Shown here: piece by piece, positions 10,482 to 21,726 of the stretch | Layout of the letters: each line of letters begins with the position of its first letter | Position numbering within the stretch: position 1 is the first letter of the stretch | Assembly: GCF_004010195.1 (NCBI RefSeq) | Contig: NC_057749.1 | Span: 23,073,886 to 23,104,133 of the forward strand | Origin: Chiloscyllium plagiosum | Taxonomy: Eukaryota | Length of the DNA stretch: 30,248 nucleotides | Reading direction: 5' to 3' | Made by a program: the position numbers and the translations under genes | The notes under the pieces: model-generated | Told to the model about the DNA's origin: nothing | The model's input: the letters and a program-made list of their open reading frames with translations, nothing else | Database searches by the model: none

Positions 10482-11205
10482 ACCTCAAAACAGTGCTGCA
10501 GACTGGCACTTTCCAAGGTCCAGGTCTACGTGCTGAGGGACGCAACTAAAGCTTGAGGCAGCTGCTGCCAAGGCTCAGTGGGGAAAGACCACTGTCTGAG
10601 GTCATTCTGCTGAAGTTAAATGGGAATCTATTCAGGTATTGGACCCTCCGGGTACTTCAATTATATATAAATATAACCTTGCATAAGTAAGAGATGCCTT
10701 TGGTTTGTTGGTTGGATAAAGGCAAACTTCAATGTTTGTTTGTTTTCTTCATATGCTACTGTACAGAACTGAACTGCTTTAGTGACTATGTACAGTAGCG
10801 CCCCAACTTACGAACTTAATCCATTCTGGGACCCAGTTCGCGAACCGAAAAGTTCGCGAACTGAATCAGTTTTTCCCATTGTTCGGATGGCATAAGAATG
10901 CTTGGACGGCTGTTCACAGTGCACGCGCCAAAGACAAACTGAATGAGATCAAGGGCCCTGAATGAGGGCCCAAGAGCTTTTGCATTCAACAAGCAAAGCA
11001 AAACAATGAAACCACTTGGTCACACACGGGCTTTTTGCGTTCTTACCTTCGTTCATACCTTGAATTTCATACGTACGTTGAAGCAAAATTTTACGTACAA
11101 TCCTGTTCATAAACCGATTTGTTCGTGAATGGGGTCATTCATATGTCGAAGCACTACTGTATTTATATATTGTTTTATGAATTAAAGTATATCTTGAAAT
11201 AAAGA
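10482..11205 (+). mobile_element. Tx1/L1-clade LINE 3' end, interrupted by a MITE
   Basis: CCRLA..KVQVYVLRDA..AAAAKAQWGKTTV* C-terminus; AT-rich 3'UTR resumes after 11161 (TTTTATGAATTAAAGTATATCTTGAAATAAA). Confidence 0.75.
10793..11159. mobile_element. Tc1/mariner (Tigger/pogo-like) non-autonomous DNA transposon, 367 bp
   Basis: TA duplication at 10791-92 and 11160-61; terminal inverted repeats CAGTAGCGCCCCAACTTACGAA versus CAGTAGTGCTTCGACATATGAA (16/22); subterminal GTTCGCGAAC repeats. Confidence 0.85.
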
Positions 11206-12120
11206 TGTCAAACTACCGTACACCTCAGCCACACTTCTAACTCGATCTTGTATCTGACAGGCATGTGCCAATCTAAACTGTGTCCAAACAACTATTAAAA
11301 CCTAAGTAACATATATATGCCAATTACCATAACAATTAGACCTAGATAGCAAAATGGAATTGTAGCAGAGTAGCACATTGTGCGTGGCAGGCTGGAACTC
11401 TCCTATCCCTTACATAACAGAGCATCATCAGAATTGGATAGAACACCTTGAAAGAGCTGCTAGATGTATTGAACGGTTTGCACAGTGTGAATTTTTTGTA
11501 AACAGGACAAGTACTTCCTGTAACATTTCAAGCTTCACAGTTTAACACATTTTCTGACTCATCATCCAAAACACAACAGGAAATCTGTCAGTGTATATAC
11601 AAGAGAAAGTGTGTCTGGGTACACGTCCCACCTATGAGAGCTTTTTTTTTTGCAGTTGTTACATTTTTTTTGTCAACTTGAGGGTGATAAATTCCTACAC
11701 CCACGTTTATTATGGGAACTGGCCAAATCCATGTCATTGTAATTACACATTCCTGCCAATGATGGCACCAGAGGATCTCTTCCTACTCCTCAACTGACCG
11801 ACCAATTATTTTAAGGTTTTCGACTGGACTGTAAATAAAACAAACTTAAAGCATTGCACAAAAGTAATTGCTGAATGTATAACCCCTTAAAATAAGGGTT
11901 TTCTTTTGCAAAACAGGATTTAAAAAATGATTTAAAGCTCCATGTACCACCAGACACAGACTGAAAGTGAAAGTGCAGTTGTCTGTTCCTAGGTTCCTAC
12001 AGGATTCTCCAATCAGCTGATGGTACGTTCATCAGAGATTTCTTGATAACTCACCTCCAGGTCATAATTTAACTTATCCAAGACACTGCTCCTCAACTCC
12101 TAATTTGCACTGAGTCCGGT

Positions 12121-12362
12121 TAGAGTCATAGAGACGTACAGCACGGAAACAGAGCCTTCAGTCTAACTCGTTCATGCCGACCAGATATTCGAAATTAATC
12201 TAGTCCCATTTGCCAGCATTTGGCCTCTAAATCCTACCCGTCCAGATGCCTTTTAAATGCTGTAATTGTACCTCCTCTGGCAGCTCCTCTACCTCCTCTG
12301 GCAGCTCATTCCATATACACACTACCCTCTGCATGAAAAAGTTGACCCGCGGGTCCCTTTAA
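12121..12362 (-). mobile_element. CR1 (HER1-like) 3' end
   Basis: Homologous to 2399-2660; internal 18-nt duplication at 12269-12307. Confidence 0.9.
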
Positions 12363-12389
12363 TTCATCCATCATCTTGAAGCTTTGTAA

Positions 12390-12500
12390 TTAGTGTACCT
12401 TGGAGTCCAGTGAACAATTTAATTTTAAAGTTCCCATCCTCATTCTCAAATATCTTCATGGCCTCACCCTTTCTCGCACAAATAACCTCACTTCTCATTC
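12390..12500 (+). mobile_element. L2 LINE fragment, decayed
   Basis: TTTAAAGTTCCCATCCTCATTCTCAAATATCTTCATGGCCTCACC reads FKVPILILKYLHGLT, like the L2 FKILILVFKSLHGLAP motif. Confidence 0.5.
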
Positions 12501-12639
12501 CCTCGAACAGCAAAAGTCATAAGTTAATTTGACAATGGGCGAATACTTATAGGAGCCTGAATGATGAGGACATTGGTAGAAAATGTGGTAGAATTGTGTG
12601 AGAAGTCTAAGTGAGAGCTACTTTGACATCATCATTATC

Positions 12640-12937
12640 GTATAGTGCAGAAAGAGGCCATTTGACCCATTGGGTCTGCACCAATCCTCCAAAGAGCATC
12701 CCAGTCCCAATCCCCATAACCCCATACTTCCCATGGCTAATCCACTGAACCTAGACATCCCTCTGGGACAATTTAGCATGGCCTAACCACCCAAACCTGC
12801 ACACCTTTGGATTTTGGAAGGAAATCCACGCAGACACAGGGAGAATGTGCAAACTCCATACAGATAGTTGCCTGAGGCTGGAATTGAACCCAGGTTCCTG
12901 ACGCTGTGAGGCAGCAGTGCTAACCACTGAGCTATCA
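12640..12937 (-). mobile_element. HE1 SINE
   Basis: Homologous to 9449-9777. Confidence 0.9.
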
Positions 12938-13446
12938 CCAAACCAAAATGACTTTGAGAGCAACTCACTTCGTTGAATAATTACATTCCAGGCATTGGGG
13001 TGAGATTCTCACTCGGCAGCAGCAAGTCGCCTATTAAATGGGATTCTTGCTTGTGAACAACTTTATTAGCTGCACATCTCACCTTGCTAATACGCAGCTT
13101 CCTAACAGGCCACCCGCTCAGAGTAAACTGGAAGTTGAAAATTCTTGATTTGGAAGTCTGAGCAGGTACCTGGCAACTTCAGCTTGCAAAGTGCTTCAGT
13201 GTTGATCACCACCCAACAGTATGTCAGGGTACAATCCAAGGGCGCTATCATCCAAGGACACTGGCATCCAGTTCCAGACATACTCCACTAAGTCCAGGGG
13301 CTTGGCCACAATGAATAGTATAGTTGGACCAGTCACAGTCAGTGAATATTCCCAACTACACTCCAGGGAGGGGACACTGGTCAGCTCTATGGGGTCATCA
13401 CTGTTTTTGCAGCTCCATGACTGCAGAGGTCAAGTCCTTCATGTCT

Positions 13447-13702
13447 AGAACACAGAACATAACAACGCAGTACTTCGGCCCTCAATGTTGCGCCAACCTG
13501 TGGAATCAACCTGAAGCCCATCTAACCTATACTATTCCATTTTCATCAATTGTCAATCCAATGAACATTTAAATGCCCTTAATGTTGGTGAGTCTACTAC
13601 TATTGTGGGCAGTGCATTCCAATCCCCTACTACTCACTGAGTAAGGAAACTACCTTTGACATCTATCCTATATCTATCACCCCTCAATTTAAAGTTATGT
13701 CT
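13447..13702 (-). mobile_element. CR1 3' end (different subfamily)
   Basis: AGAACACAGAACATA tail; CATTTAAATGCCCT..GGCAGTGCATTCC..CCCCTCAATTTAAAG. Confidence 0.8.
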
Positions 13703-13780
13703 AGGGGCTACCAAAGTTGATCAGAGGAGAAACTGTATTTGACAAAGTTTTTTCAGGATAACGTATAACTGCATAACATA

Positions 13781-14446
13781 CTGTAGAACAGAGAGAACCA
13801 GGGGTTCAGGTACATAATCCTTTGAAATTTGCATCACATGTAGACAAGGTGGGTAAGAAGACATTTAGCATGCTTGCTTTCATTGCTCAGACCTTTGAAT
13901 GTAAGAGCTAGCACGTCATGTTGAGGTTATACAGGACGTTAGTGAGGCCTCTTCTGGAGTACTGGTCACCCTGTTATAGAAAGGATATTATTAAGTTGGA
14001 GAGGGCTCAGAAGAGATTGACCAAGGTGTCGCTGGGAATGGAGGGTTTGAGATATAAAAATAGCCTGGGTTTTTTTTCCCACACTGGAGCATAGAAGGTT
14101 CAGCAGCGACCTTATAGAGGTTTATAAAATCATGAGGGATGTAGGTAAGGCGATTGGCAATGGCCTTTTTCAAGACTAGGGGACACAGTTTTAAGGTGAG
14201 AGGAAAAAGGTTTAAAAAGGACATAAATTGCAACTTTTTTGTTTACACAGAGGGTGATTCACGTGTGGAATGAATTGCCAGAGAAAGTGATGGATGCAGG
14301 TACAGTTACAACATTTAAAAGACATTTGGATAAGGTCATGAATAGGAAATGGTTTGAAGGGATATGGGCCAAGCGCAGGCAGATAGGACTAGTTAAGTTT
14401 GGGATTGTGGTCGGCATGGACTCTCTGTTTCAGTGCTCTATGACTG
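13781..14446 (+). mobile_element. CR1 3' fragment
   Basis: ORF 14239-14514 (FTQRVIHVWNELPEKVMDAGTVTTFKRHLD); ends GTGCTCTATGACT. Confidence 0.9.
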
Positions 14447-14561
14447 CAATTTTTAAAAGTTTCCTGCTTTTCTATTCTTATCAAAAAGAAAATAACCTCA
14501 GAATTCCTACATAATGCTCCAACTACTCACTTGTGGCCCATTCACTTAGCCTGTCTTTATC

Positions 14562-14696
14562 AGTCATAGGGTCATAGAATCATAGAGATGTACAGCACAG
14601 AAACAGACCCTTCAGTCCAACTTGTCCATGCTGACCAGATATCCTAACCTAATCTAGTCCCATTTGCCAGCACTTGGCCCATATCCCTCTAAACCC
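14562..14696 (-). mobile_element. CR1 (HER1-like) extreme 3' end
   Basis: GTCATAGGGTCATAGAATCATAGAGATGTACAGC; highly similar to 2399-2525. Confidence 0.9.
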
Positions 14697-14754
14697 TGCT
14701 CTTCAGATGTTGCCTGACCAGCACCAGCATCACCGCTCGCCTCTTACCTCGTAA

Positions 14755-15100
14755 ATTGCCCTTTTGTGTAGAATGCTCCTTTTGGAAATCCAAGACTACA
14801 GCATCTCCCTTTATTGACCTTTCTACAGTTATACATTTTCCTCAAAAATAACTGAATAAATTTGTGAAACACGATTTCTCCTCCACAAAACCATGTTGAC
14901 ATTGCTCGATCACGCTTTGTTTTTCAAAGTGCATTGTTAAGATTTCCTTAATAGCAGATTTAAGCCTTTTTGCTGACAACAGATGTCAGGATGTCTGATT
15001 TGTAGCTACTGATTTCTCTCTCTTCTTTCTTGAACAGCAAATTTAAAAATTTTCTAATCAGGTAGGACCATTCTCGAATCTAGAGGATTTTAAGGACACT
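14755..15100 (-). mobile_element. Old CR1 RT-region fragment
   Basis: CTCCTTTTGGAAATCCAAG (reverse of LDFQK), AAACACGATTTCTCCTCCACAAAACCATGTTGAC (reverse of QHGF..KSC). Confidence 0.7.
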
Positions 15101-15334
15101 AAGTCAGGTATCAGATTTTTGTCACATATTTTCATACTTATAAGTTCCTCTAACACATTTTCTCTGCTGATATTAACTAATTGCTTTGCTTTTTAGTTCC
15201 CTTGGTTACTCTCGATTTCTGGTATGTAACTTGTGTCTTCTTTTGTGAAGAGGATTCTTGTATATTCACAATTTCCATCATTTTTCTTCTCTACCTGACA
15301 AGTTTTAACTGTTAGACCTAAGTTCAAGAATTCT

Positions 15335-15830
15335 CATCCTAAATCTCACCACATCTCCACCCCTCTATCCTACTTCAAGGTATCACATAAAAGCTATTTC
15401 TTTGACCAAGCATCAGCTGTCTGTAAAAAATATCTCCTCGTAAGATGCAGTGTTCAATGTATTTTGATAATGCTCCTATGAAGCATGATGGAATATTTAA
15501 GATTAGATTCCCTACCGTGTGGAAACAGGCCCCTCGGCCCAACCAGTCCACACCGACCCTCCGAAGAGTAACCCACCCCGACCCATTTCACTCTAACCAA
15601 TGCACCTAACACTATGGACAATTTAGCATGGCCAATTCACTTGACCTGCACATCTTTGGGCTGTGGGAAGAAACCCACGCAGACACAGGGAGAACGTGCA
15701 AACTCCTCACAGACAGTCACCCGAGGCCGGAAATCGAACCTGGGACCCTGGTGCTGCGAGGCAGCAGTGCTAACCACTGAGCCGCCCTAAATTGCAATTC
15801 ATTAAAGGCAATATACAAATGAGAATTATT
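15335..15830 (+). mobile_element. L2 LINE 3' end, split by an HE1 insertion
   Basis: AAAAGCTATTTCTTTGACCAAGC..ATGCTCCTATGAAGCA; resumes as ATTAAAGGCAATATACAAATG after 15790. Confidence 0.6.
15500..15787 (-). mobile_element. HE1 SINE
   Basis: Homologous to the other copies; CpGs retained, so probably young. Confidence 0.93.
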
Positions 15831-15894
15831 TTACCATGGCTAAGCACTTTATCAATATAGGTCCACTCCAGCATACTAAACCATTTATACTCAC

Positions 15895-16005
15895 CTAAAA
15901 ACCTGGCTGCTTACAACGCACCTAAATCTGGCATTAATTCGACCAGAATTGTACTGAATAGTGCATGCCTCATTAACTCAGCAGAACCGAATCTAGTTGG
16001 AATGT
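15895..16005 (-). other. Candidate exon (111 nt)
   Basis: Acceptor cctaaattttgtttcag|A and donor TAG|gtgagt; unique sequence between two SINEs. Confidence 0.45.
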
Positions 16006-16094
16006 CTGAAACAAAATTTAGGATTTTCTCCAAAGCAGTATTTCAACATTGAAAGAATCATAGGTTTGTTCTTCGCCCATCTCAGCTAGCTTGG

Positions 16095-16418
16095 GTCGCC
16101 CAGTGGTTAGCAGTGTTGCCTCACAGCACCAGTGACCCGGGTTCGATTCCACCCTCGGGGTGACTGTGCAAACACCACACAAACCTTCTTCCACCTCTGC
16201 TTGGGTTTCCTCCGGGTGCTCCATTTCCTACCACTGTCCGAAGACATACAGGTTAGGTGGATTGGCCATGCTAAATTGCCCACAGTGTCCAGGGATATGC
16301 AGGCTAGGTGGATTAGTCATGGTAAATACAGGGGTAAGGAGGTGGGATGCTCTTTGAAGGGTTAGTGTGGACTCAAATGGGCCAAATTGCCGGTTTCCAC
16401 ACTGTTGGGATTCTATGA
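16095..16418 (+). mobile_element. HE1 SINE
   Basis: CAGTGGTTAGCAGTGTTGCCTCACAGC, B box GGTTCGATTCC, tail GGGATTCTATGA. Confidence 0.92.
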
Positions 16419-16466
16419 AATTGGAGCAGTCCACGATCTGTAACTACATGTCGTCAACAGACTCAC

Positions 16467-16542
16467 CTCTGTTGCTTTTCAGTCTTTGCCCCACACCAGA
16501 ACTGATGTGTCCTCGTCCAATATAAAACACTCCTGCATCATT
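16467..16542 (-). other. Candidate exon (76 nt; alternative acceptor at 16584)
   Basis: Strong donor GAG|gtgagt; acceptor ttcttttctacgtaaaacctgcag|A or tctgaatttgcag|A. Confidence 0.35.
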
Positions 16543-17215
16543 CTGCAGGTTTTACGTAGAAAAGAATCTGAGAATCATGTGACTCTGCAAATTCAGACTT
16601 AGATTCAAATAGAGGTAATTGTATAGACTTGCAATGCTTACATGAAGAATGTCTGGGAATCTGCAGAGATACTACTTAGAATCATATTTCTTATTATAGA
16701 AACCATTTTAATATTAACCTACTAGAAATTTCTACTGATTGCTCCAATGAAAAACATACAGTACCCAAAAGTATTAACTTAAACCAGGGCATTAACACAT
16801 CAGAATCTTCACAGAATTCGGTTCAGTCTTGAATTACTATACCATTAATCCGAGGGTTAAGGGCCAGCACATTGATCCCTGGATAACTTCCACTTCTAGA
16901 CCATACATTACTTTTCTGTACTGCTGGACATCTGAGTATTTATTTGGGATTGGTGCCCCAGATACAATAAACCCACTACTTCCAGCTTTCCAAGATCAAT
17001 ATAATTGCATTTTCACCCCATCTCAACCTTTCAATGCCTTTTATGCTTCTGTTTTTTTTTTTGTCTTCATATCTATCTCGTATCTTCTATTTCATCCAAT
17101 TATTTATTCAATAGCACATAAGCATGAGAAGCCTGTGGAAATGCAGACTCCAATTCACATTAACAATTACTGATCCGAATAATTTCAGAAACAGTTTTGA
17201 CACAAATAATTTTGA

Positions 17216-17590
17216 GGTGGCACAGTGGCTCAGTGGTTAGCACTGCTGCCTTACAGAGCCAGGGACCTCGGTTTGAATCCACCCTTGGGCGACTGTCTAT
17301 GTGGAGTTTGCACATTCTCCCCGTGTCTGCGTGGGTTTCCTCCTGGTGCTCGGTTTCCTCCCGGTGCTCGGTTTCCTCCCGGTACTCGGTTTCCTCCCAC
17401 AGTCCAAAGATGTGCAGGTTAGGTGGATTGACCATGCTAAATTGCACACAATGTGCAGGCTAGGTGGGTTAGCAATGGGAAATGCAGGGTTACAGGTGTG
17501 CGGTGGCTCTGGAAGGGATGCTGTTCGGAGGGTCAGTGTGGACTCGATAGGCTGAATGGCCTGCTCCCACATTGTGGGTATTCAATTCTA
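17216..17590 (+). mobile_element. HE1 SINE with internal 18-nt tandem expansion
   Basis: Full head, body and tail; (GGTTTCCTCCCGGTGCTC) x3.6 at 17334-17398. Confidence 0.93.
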
Positions 17591-17624
17591 TTCAAGTGAG
17601 CTCAAGACTCCAGTCTCCTTAGCA

Positions 17625-18124
17625 NNNNNNNNNNNNNNNNNNNNNNNNNNNNNNNNNNNNNNNNNNNNNNNNNNNNNNNNNNNNNNNNNNNNNNNNNNNN
17701 NNNNNNNNNNNNNNNNNNNNNNNNNNNNNNNNNNNNNNNNNNNNNNNNNNNNNNNNNNNNNNNNNNNNNNNNNNNNNNNNNNNNNNNNNNNNNNNNNNNN
17801 NNNNNNNNNNNNNNNNNNNNNNNNNNNNNNNNNNNNNNNNNNNNNNNNNNNNNNNNNNNNNNNNNNNNNNNNNNNNNNNNNNNNNNNNNNNNNNNNNNNN
17901 NNNNNNNNNNNNNNNNNNNNNNNNNNNNNNNNNNNNNNNNNNNNNNNNNNNNNNNNNNNNNNNNNNNNNNNNNNNNNNNNNNNNNNNNNNNNNNNNNNNN
18001 NNNNNNNNNNNNNNNNNNNNNNNNNNNNNNNNNNNNNNNNNNNNNNNNNNNNNNNNNNNNNNNNNNNNNNNNNNNNNNNNNNNNNNNNNNNNNNNNNNNN
18101 NNNNNNNNNNNNNNNNNNNNNNNN
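17625..18124. other. Assembly gap (500 N)
   Basis: Directly visible; the round size suggests a placeholder of unknown true length. Confidence 0.99.
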
Positions 18125-18446
18125 GATGTAGAAATCCTCAACCTGGGGAGTGCAGATCCATTCACACATCGGATTCAGACGCAAGAGTAAAGGCTTCCTG
18201 CCAGGCATTCTTGTCCCCCGAATTTAGGAGGACGTTTAAATGATTATTCCACCCACCTTCACCCCTCACACATAACAATACATTTCTTAGAAAGCACTTG
18301 CTTCTTACACATTTTTAAAATCTAAATTTCGGGGTGAGGAGCCAGGTAATTAGATCGCAGTGCATGGCCTCTGTTGAAAAACTAGCACTAATGCCGACAC
18401 CAAATGCTCTTAAAAATATTGTACAGCGGTACAGTATGAAGTTGGT

Positions 18447-18575
18447 AAAAACGAGGACTGCAGATGCTGGAAACCAGAGTCTGGATTAGAGTGGTGCTGG
18501 AAAAGCACAGCAGGTCAGGCAGCATCCAAGGAGCAGGAAAATCGACATTTCGGGCAAAAGCCCTTCGTCAGGAAT
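18447..18575 (-). mobile_element. Penelope-derived terminal fragment
   Basis: GAGGACTGCAGATGCTGG..GCTGGAAAAGCACAGCAGGTCAGGCAGCATCC; same family as 5079-5188 and 22160-22311. Confidence 0.8.
18540..18575 (-). ncRNA. Minimal hammerhead-ribozyme-like motif
   Basis: Minus strand ATTC-CTGACGA-A-GGGC-TTTT-GCCC-GAAA-T-GTC-GAT: intact CUGANGA and GAAA core, perfect stem II, GUC triplet. Confidence 0.6.
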
Positions 18576-18771
18576 AGGTTGGACTTGGTCTCCTTTAGGA
18601 GGAAAGGTGTGCAGTTTGTTTTTTTTTTCCCCTTTTCTATTTTATTTACTGGGTCAACACGACTGAGACTTAGACTCTAATTAAATCTGAAAACTAATTA
18701 TGACAACTTTTCTTAAAAAGAAACGGAGCACTTTGCTTTGTAAAAGTGCACAACAATGCAGCATTGTATTT

Positions 18772-19022
18772 CATAGAGTCATACCGCATAGGAACAGACC
18801 CTTTGGTCCAACTCATCCATGTTGACCAGGTTTTCCTAAACTGAACTGGTCCCATTTGCCTGCTTTTGGCCCTTATCCCTCTAAATCTTTCTTATCCATG
18901 TGCCTTTTCAAAATGTCGTTTAAAACGTTGTAACTGCACCCACCGCTACCAATTCCTTTGGCAGCTCATTCCATATACGCAACCCCCTCTGTGTGAAAAT
19001 GTTGTCCCTCAGGTCCCTTTTA
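18772..19022 (-). mobile_element. CR1 (HER1-like) 3' end
   Basis: CATAGAGTCATA tail; homologous to 2399-2655. Confidence 0.88.
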
Positions 19023-19079
19023 GGAAAAAAAAAGGGCAGAATAATTGCTGGGTCTCTCAGTGGCACACTGTTTGCAAAT

Positions 19080-19310
19080 TACAACAAGAACACCTTTCAT
19101 TTATATAGAACCTTTAGTGTGGGAAAACATCCCAAGTTACTTCAATGGAAACATTATTGGCCACTGAGAGGTGGGGTTTAAGAAGTGTCTTAAAGAAGGG
19201 AGATTGTGAGAGAAGTGGAGAGTTTTATAGAGCTTTGCACTTGGATAGTCAAAGTCATGACATTTATGATGGAGCAAAGGAAATTGACAATCAACATGAA
19301 ACCTGAATTA
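19080..19310 (-). mobile_element. L2 LINE 3' end, decayed
   Basis: CATTTATATAGAACCTTTAG..AAAACATCCCAAG..GAGGTGGGGTTTAAGAAGTGTCTTAAAG. Confidence 0.65.
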
Positions 19311-19334
19311 GAGATACATTCCATAAAGATTGCT

Positions 19335-19555
19335 GTTAGGACAGTTGGCTGAATGGTTGGTTTGCAATGCAGAATAATGCCAACAGTGTGGGTGCAATTC
19401 CCACACCAGCTGAGGTTACCATGAAGGGCTCTCCTTCTCAGCCTCTCCCCTCGCCTGGGGCACAGTGACCCTCAGGTTAATCCACCACCAGTTGTCTCTC
19501 TCTAATGAGAAAGCAACTCAAGGTCCATTGGGATTATGGCAACCTCCCCTTTTTT
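19335..19555 (+). mobile_element. tRNA-derived SINE (family not named)
   Basis: A/B-box-like CAGTTGGCTG and GGGTGCAATTCCC, followed by CCCCTCGCCTGGGGCACAGTGACCCTCAGGTTAATCCACCACCAGT. Confidence 0.65.
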
Positions 19556-19689
19556 ACTCTTAGCTAACTAGACCTTCAAAAGTGGATTTCCACTTTATAC
19601 TTTGGTTTAAATTAGTAACCTGTAAAGTTTGGCGTTTTTAATCAATGATTAAAAGCGTTTGACAGTGCAATGAACCAATCCTGAATTGT

Positions 19690-19955
19690 CCAGAAGGCAG
19701 TGAGGAGACCACTTCACCATGGGTCTGGAGTTACATGCAGGTCAGACAAGATAAGGACAGCACATTTCCCTCCCTAAACAGCCTTACTGAACCAGATGGG
19801 TTTTTAAGGATAATTGACAGTGATTCAATGATCACCATTAGGATAGCATTTTAATTCCAGATTTTCACTGGATTCAAATTTCACCATCTGCCATGGTGGG
19901 GTTGGAATCTATGTCCCCTGGATTGCCAGTCCAGTGAAAATACTAGGCTACCACC
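19690..19955 (-). mobile_element. MetaSINE-like SINE, second copy
   Basis: Homologous to 5195-5400 (GGGTCTGGAGTTACATGCAGG..TTTCACCATCTGCCATGGTGG). Confidence 0.8.
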
Positions 19956-20029
19956 TGATCTATTGGCTGTGAGGTCACTTCGTTCCGTACAGATTCTGTT
20001 CCATTTAACACATCTAACATGATCAATAG

Positions 20030-20790
20030 TCTGCAGTGTGACAATGGACTTCAGATCCACAAGGACTGTGCTGTGGTTACTCCTACCAATACTGTCATGG
20101 ACAGATGAATCTATGATAGGTAGATGGTCAGGAAAAGGTCATTCTTTCCTCTTCTCCCCACCTGACACAGGCCCAGTCTGGAAGATATATTCTTCTCGAC
20201 TTGGGTCAGCTCTGCTAAAAGTGGTACTCCCAAGCCACTGTGGGGAATGGGTATTGAAGTTCAGTTCTGAACATTCTGCCCTCGTGCATCGCTCAAGTTC
20301 CTCATCCGAGTGCTGTTCAACACGGAGGAGTATTCATTCACAAGCTGAGGGAGGGTGGTACGTGGCAATGAACAGGTGGTTTCCTTGCCCACATGAGATT
20401 TTGAAGGGTCGGCTGTGAACATTGTAGACTCCCCCAGGACCATCTCCTCCTGACTGTCTACCATTCTGCTGCCAGGTCTGGTGGATCAGTGCTGACATTG
20501 GGAGTAGACATACCCAGGGATTACAATAAAGCAGCCTAATACATGAACAATAAGATACAACTTGGTGAATATATCAGAATGTTTCTTGACCAGTCTGTGA
20601 GAAAACACTCCCAATTTAGCCACAAATGCCTGAATGTTCGTAAGGAGGACTTTTCTGCGTTGACAGGGCAGGATATGCATTTGTTCTTCTAATGCCTAGG
20701 TCCATGCAGACTGTCCTTGCAATTTTATATTGGTTTTCAAATATCTGGAAGTGCTGCTACACACAACTGAATGGCTTTCCCCATCACCAA
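20030..20790 (-). mobile_element. CR1/L2-clade LINE, decayed AP-endonuclease region
   Basis: ORF 20486-20680 (LLTNIQAFVAKLGVFSHRLVKKHSDI..IPGYV) resembles an APE N-terminus; further remnants downstream. Confidence 0.75.
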
Positions 20791-20939
20791 ATCACCTGTG
20801 GCAATTTTCACCATTGCATCACACTGGTTTTTCAACTGATTAATTTATATGCAAAGCCCATTAAGGTCAATATGGACCATCAAAAGAGGGAGAGATGTAG
20901 AAGAGAGGCACTGCAAAAATTCAATCTTGTAAATCTTTT

Positions 20940-21289
20940 CTCATGGAATCCCTACAGTGTGGAAACAGGCCATTCAGCCCAACACGTCCACACCAACCCT
21001 CCAAAGAGTAACCCACCCAGACCCACTCCCCTACTCTATTACCCGATGTTTACCCCTGGCTAATCCACCTAACCTTCACATCCCTGAACACTAAGGGTAA
21101 TTTAGCATGGCCAATTCACCTAACCTGCACATCTTTGGACTGTGGAATGAAACTGGAGCAACTGGAGGAAACCCACACAGACACAGGGAGAATGTGCAAA
21201 CTCCATATAGACAGTTGCCCGAGGCTGGAATTGAACCCAGGGCCCTGACGCCATGAGGCAGCAGTGCTAACTGAGCCACTGTGCTGCCC
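20940..21289 (-). mobile_element. HE1 SINE
   Basis: Homologous to the other copies. Confidence 0.93.
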
Positions 21290-21726
21290 ATCTCTCTTTT
21301 TTGAGCCAGTTTATCACTAGACCATTTCAGAAGATAATTCAGAGTCAATTTGCTGTCGTCTTTCAGCCAACTGAGCTTACTCAGTACACTTCTCAAATTG
21401 CACTCAAAACTACTCATGCACTGAACGCATGGTCACATAAATCCTGTATTAATCACCTGTACCTACGGTAAATCGAAGCACAATGCTGGGCTGCTTCAAC
21501 TGCTGCTGCACATTCTTTGAATATGGATTGAATAATTTCAAATTCAGTGTGTTACAACCAGAAAAGGACTTATCTGTTGGACTTCAATTGATTGCATTTC
21601 ACATGTCTTATGTACTAAGAGCAGATAAAGCCTTCAATTGAGGTTAATTGAAAAGACTATGAACATTCACTCAGCCAGTTATAAGTACAACTTGCTTCCC
21701 ACTCCTCTGTGAAAAGGGCTTTTATG

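Noticed and set aside
12048..12120. Strong minus-strand donor GAG|gtgagt (another lies at about 1440)
   Set aside because: No convincing acceptor at exon distance; isolated donor matches are common.
12560..12636. ATGATGA box C-like motif with a downstream TCATCAT inverted match
   Set aside because: No box D CTGA at a suitable distance; an 8-bp inverted match is expected by chance.
16829..17173. 114-aa hydrophobic + strand ORF
   Set aside because: TTG start, hydrophobicity comes from a T-run, and there is no recognisable family or splice support.
17334..17398. Repeat array resembling CRISPR
   Set aside because: No spacers, eukaryotic context, and it is internal to an HE1 SINE.
17556..18208. 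Three long ORFs (187-206 aa)
   Set aside because: They span the N gap and are artefacts.
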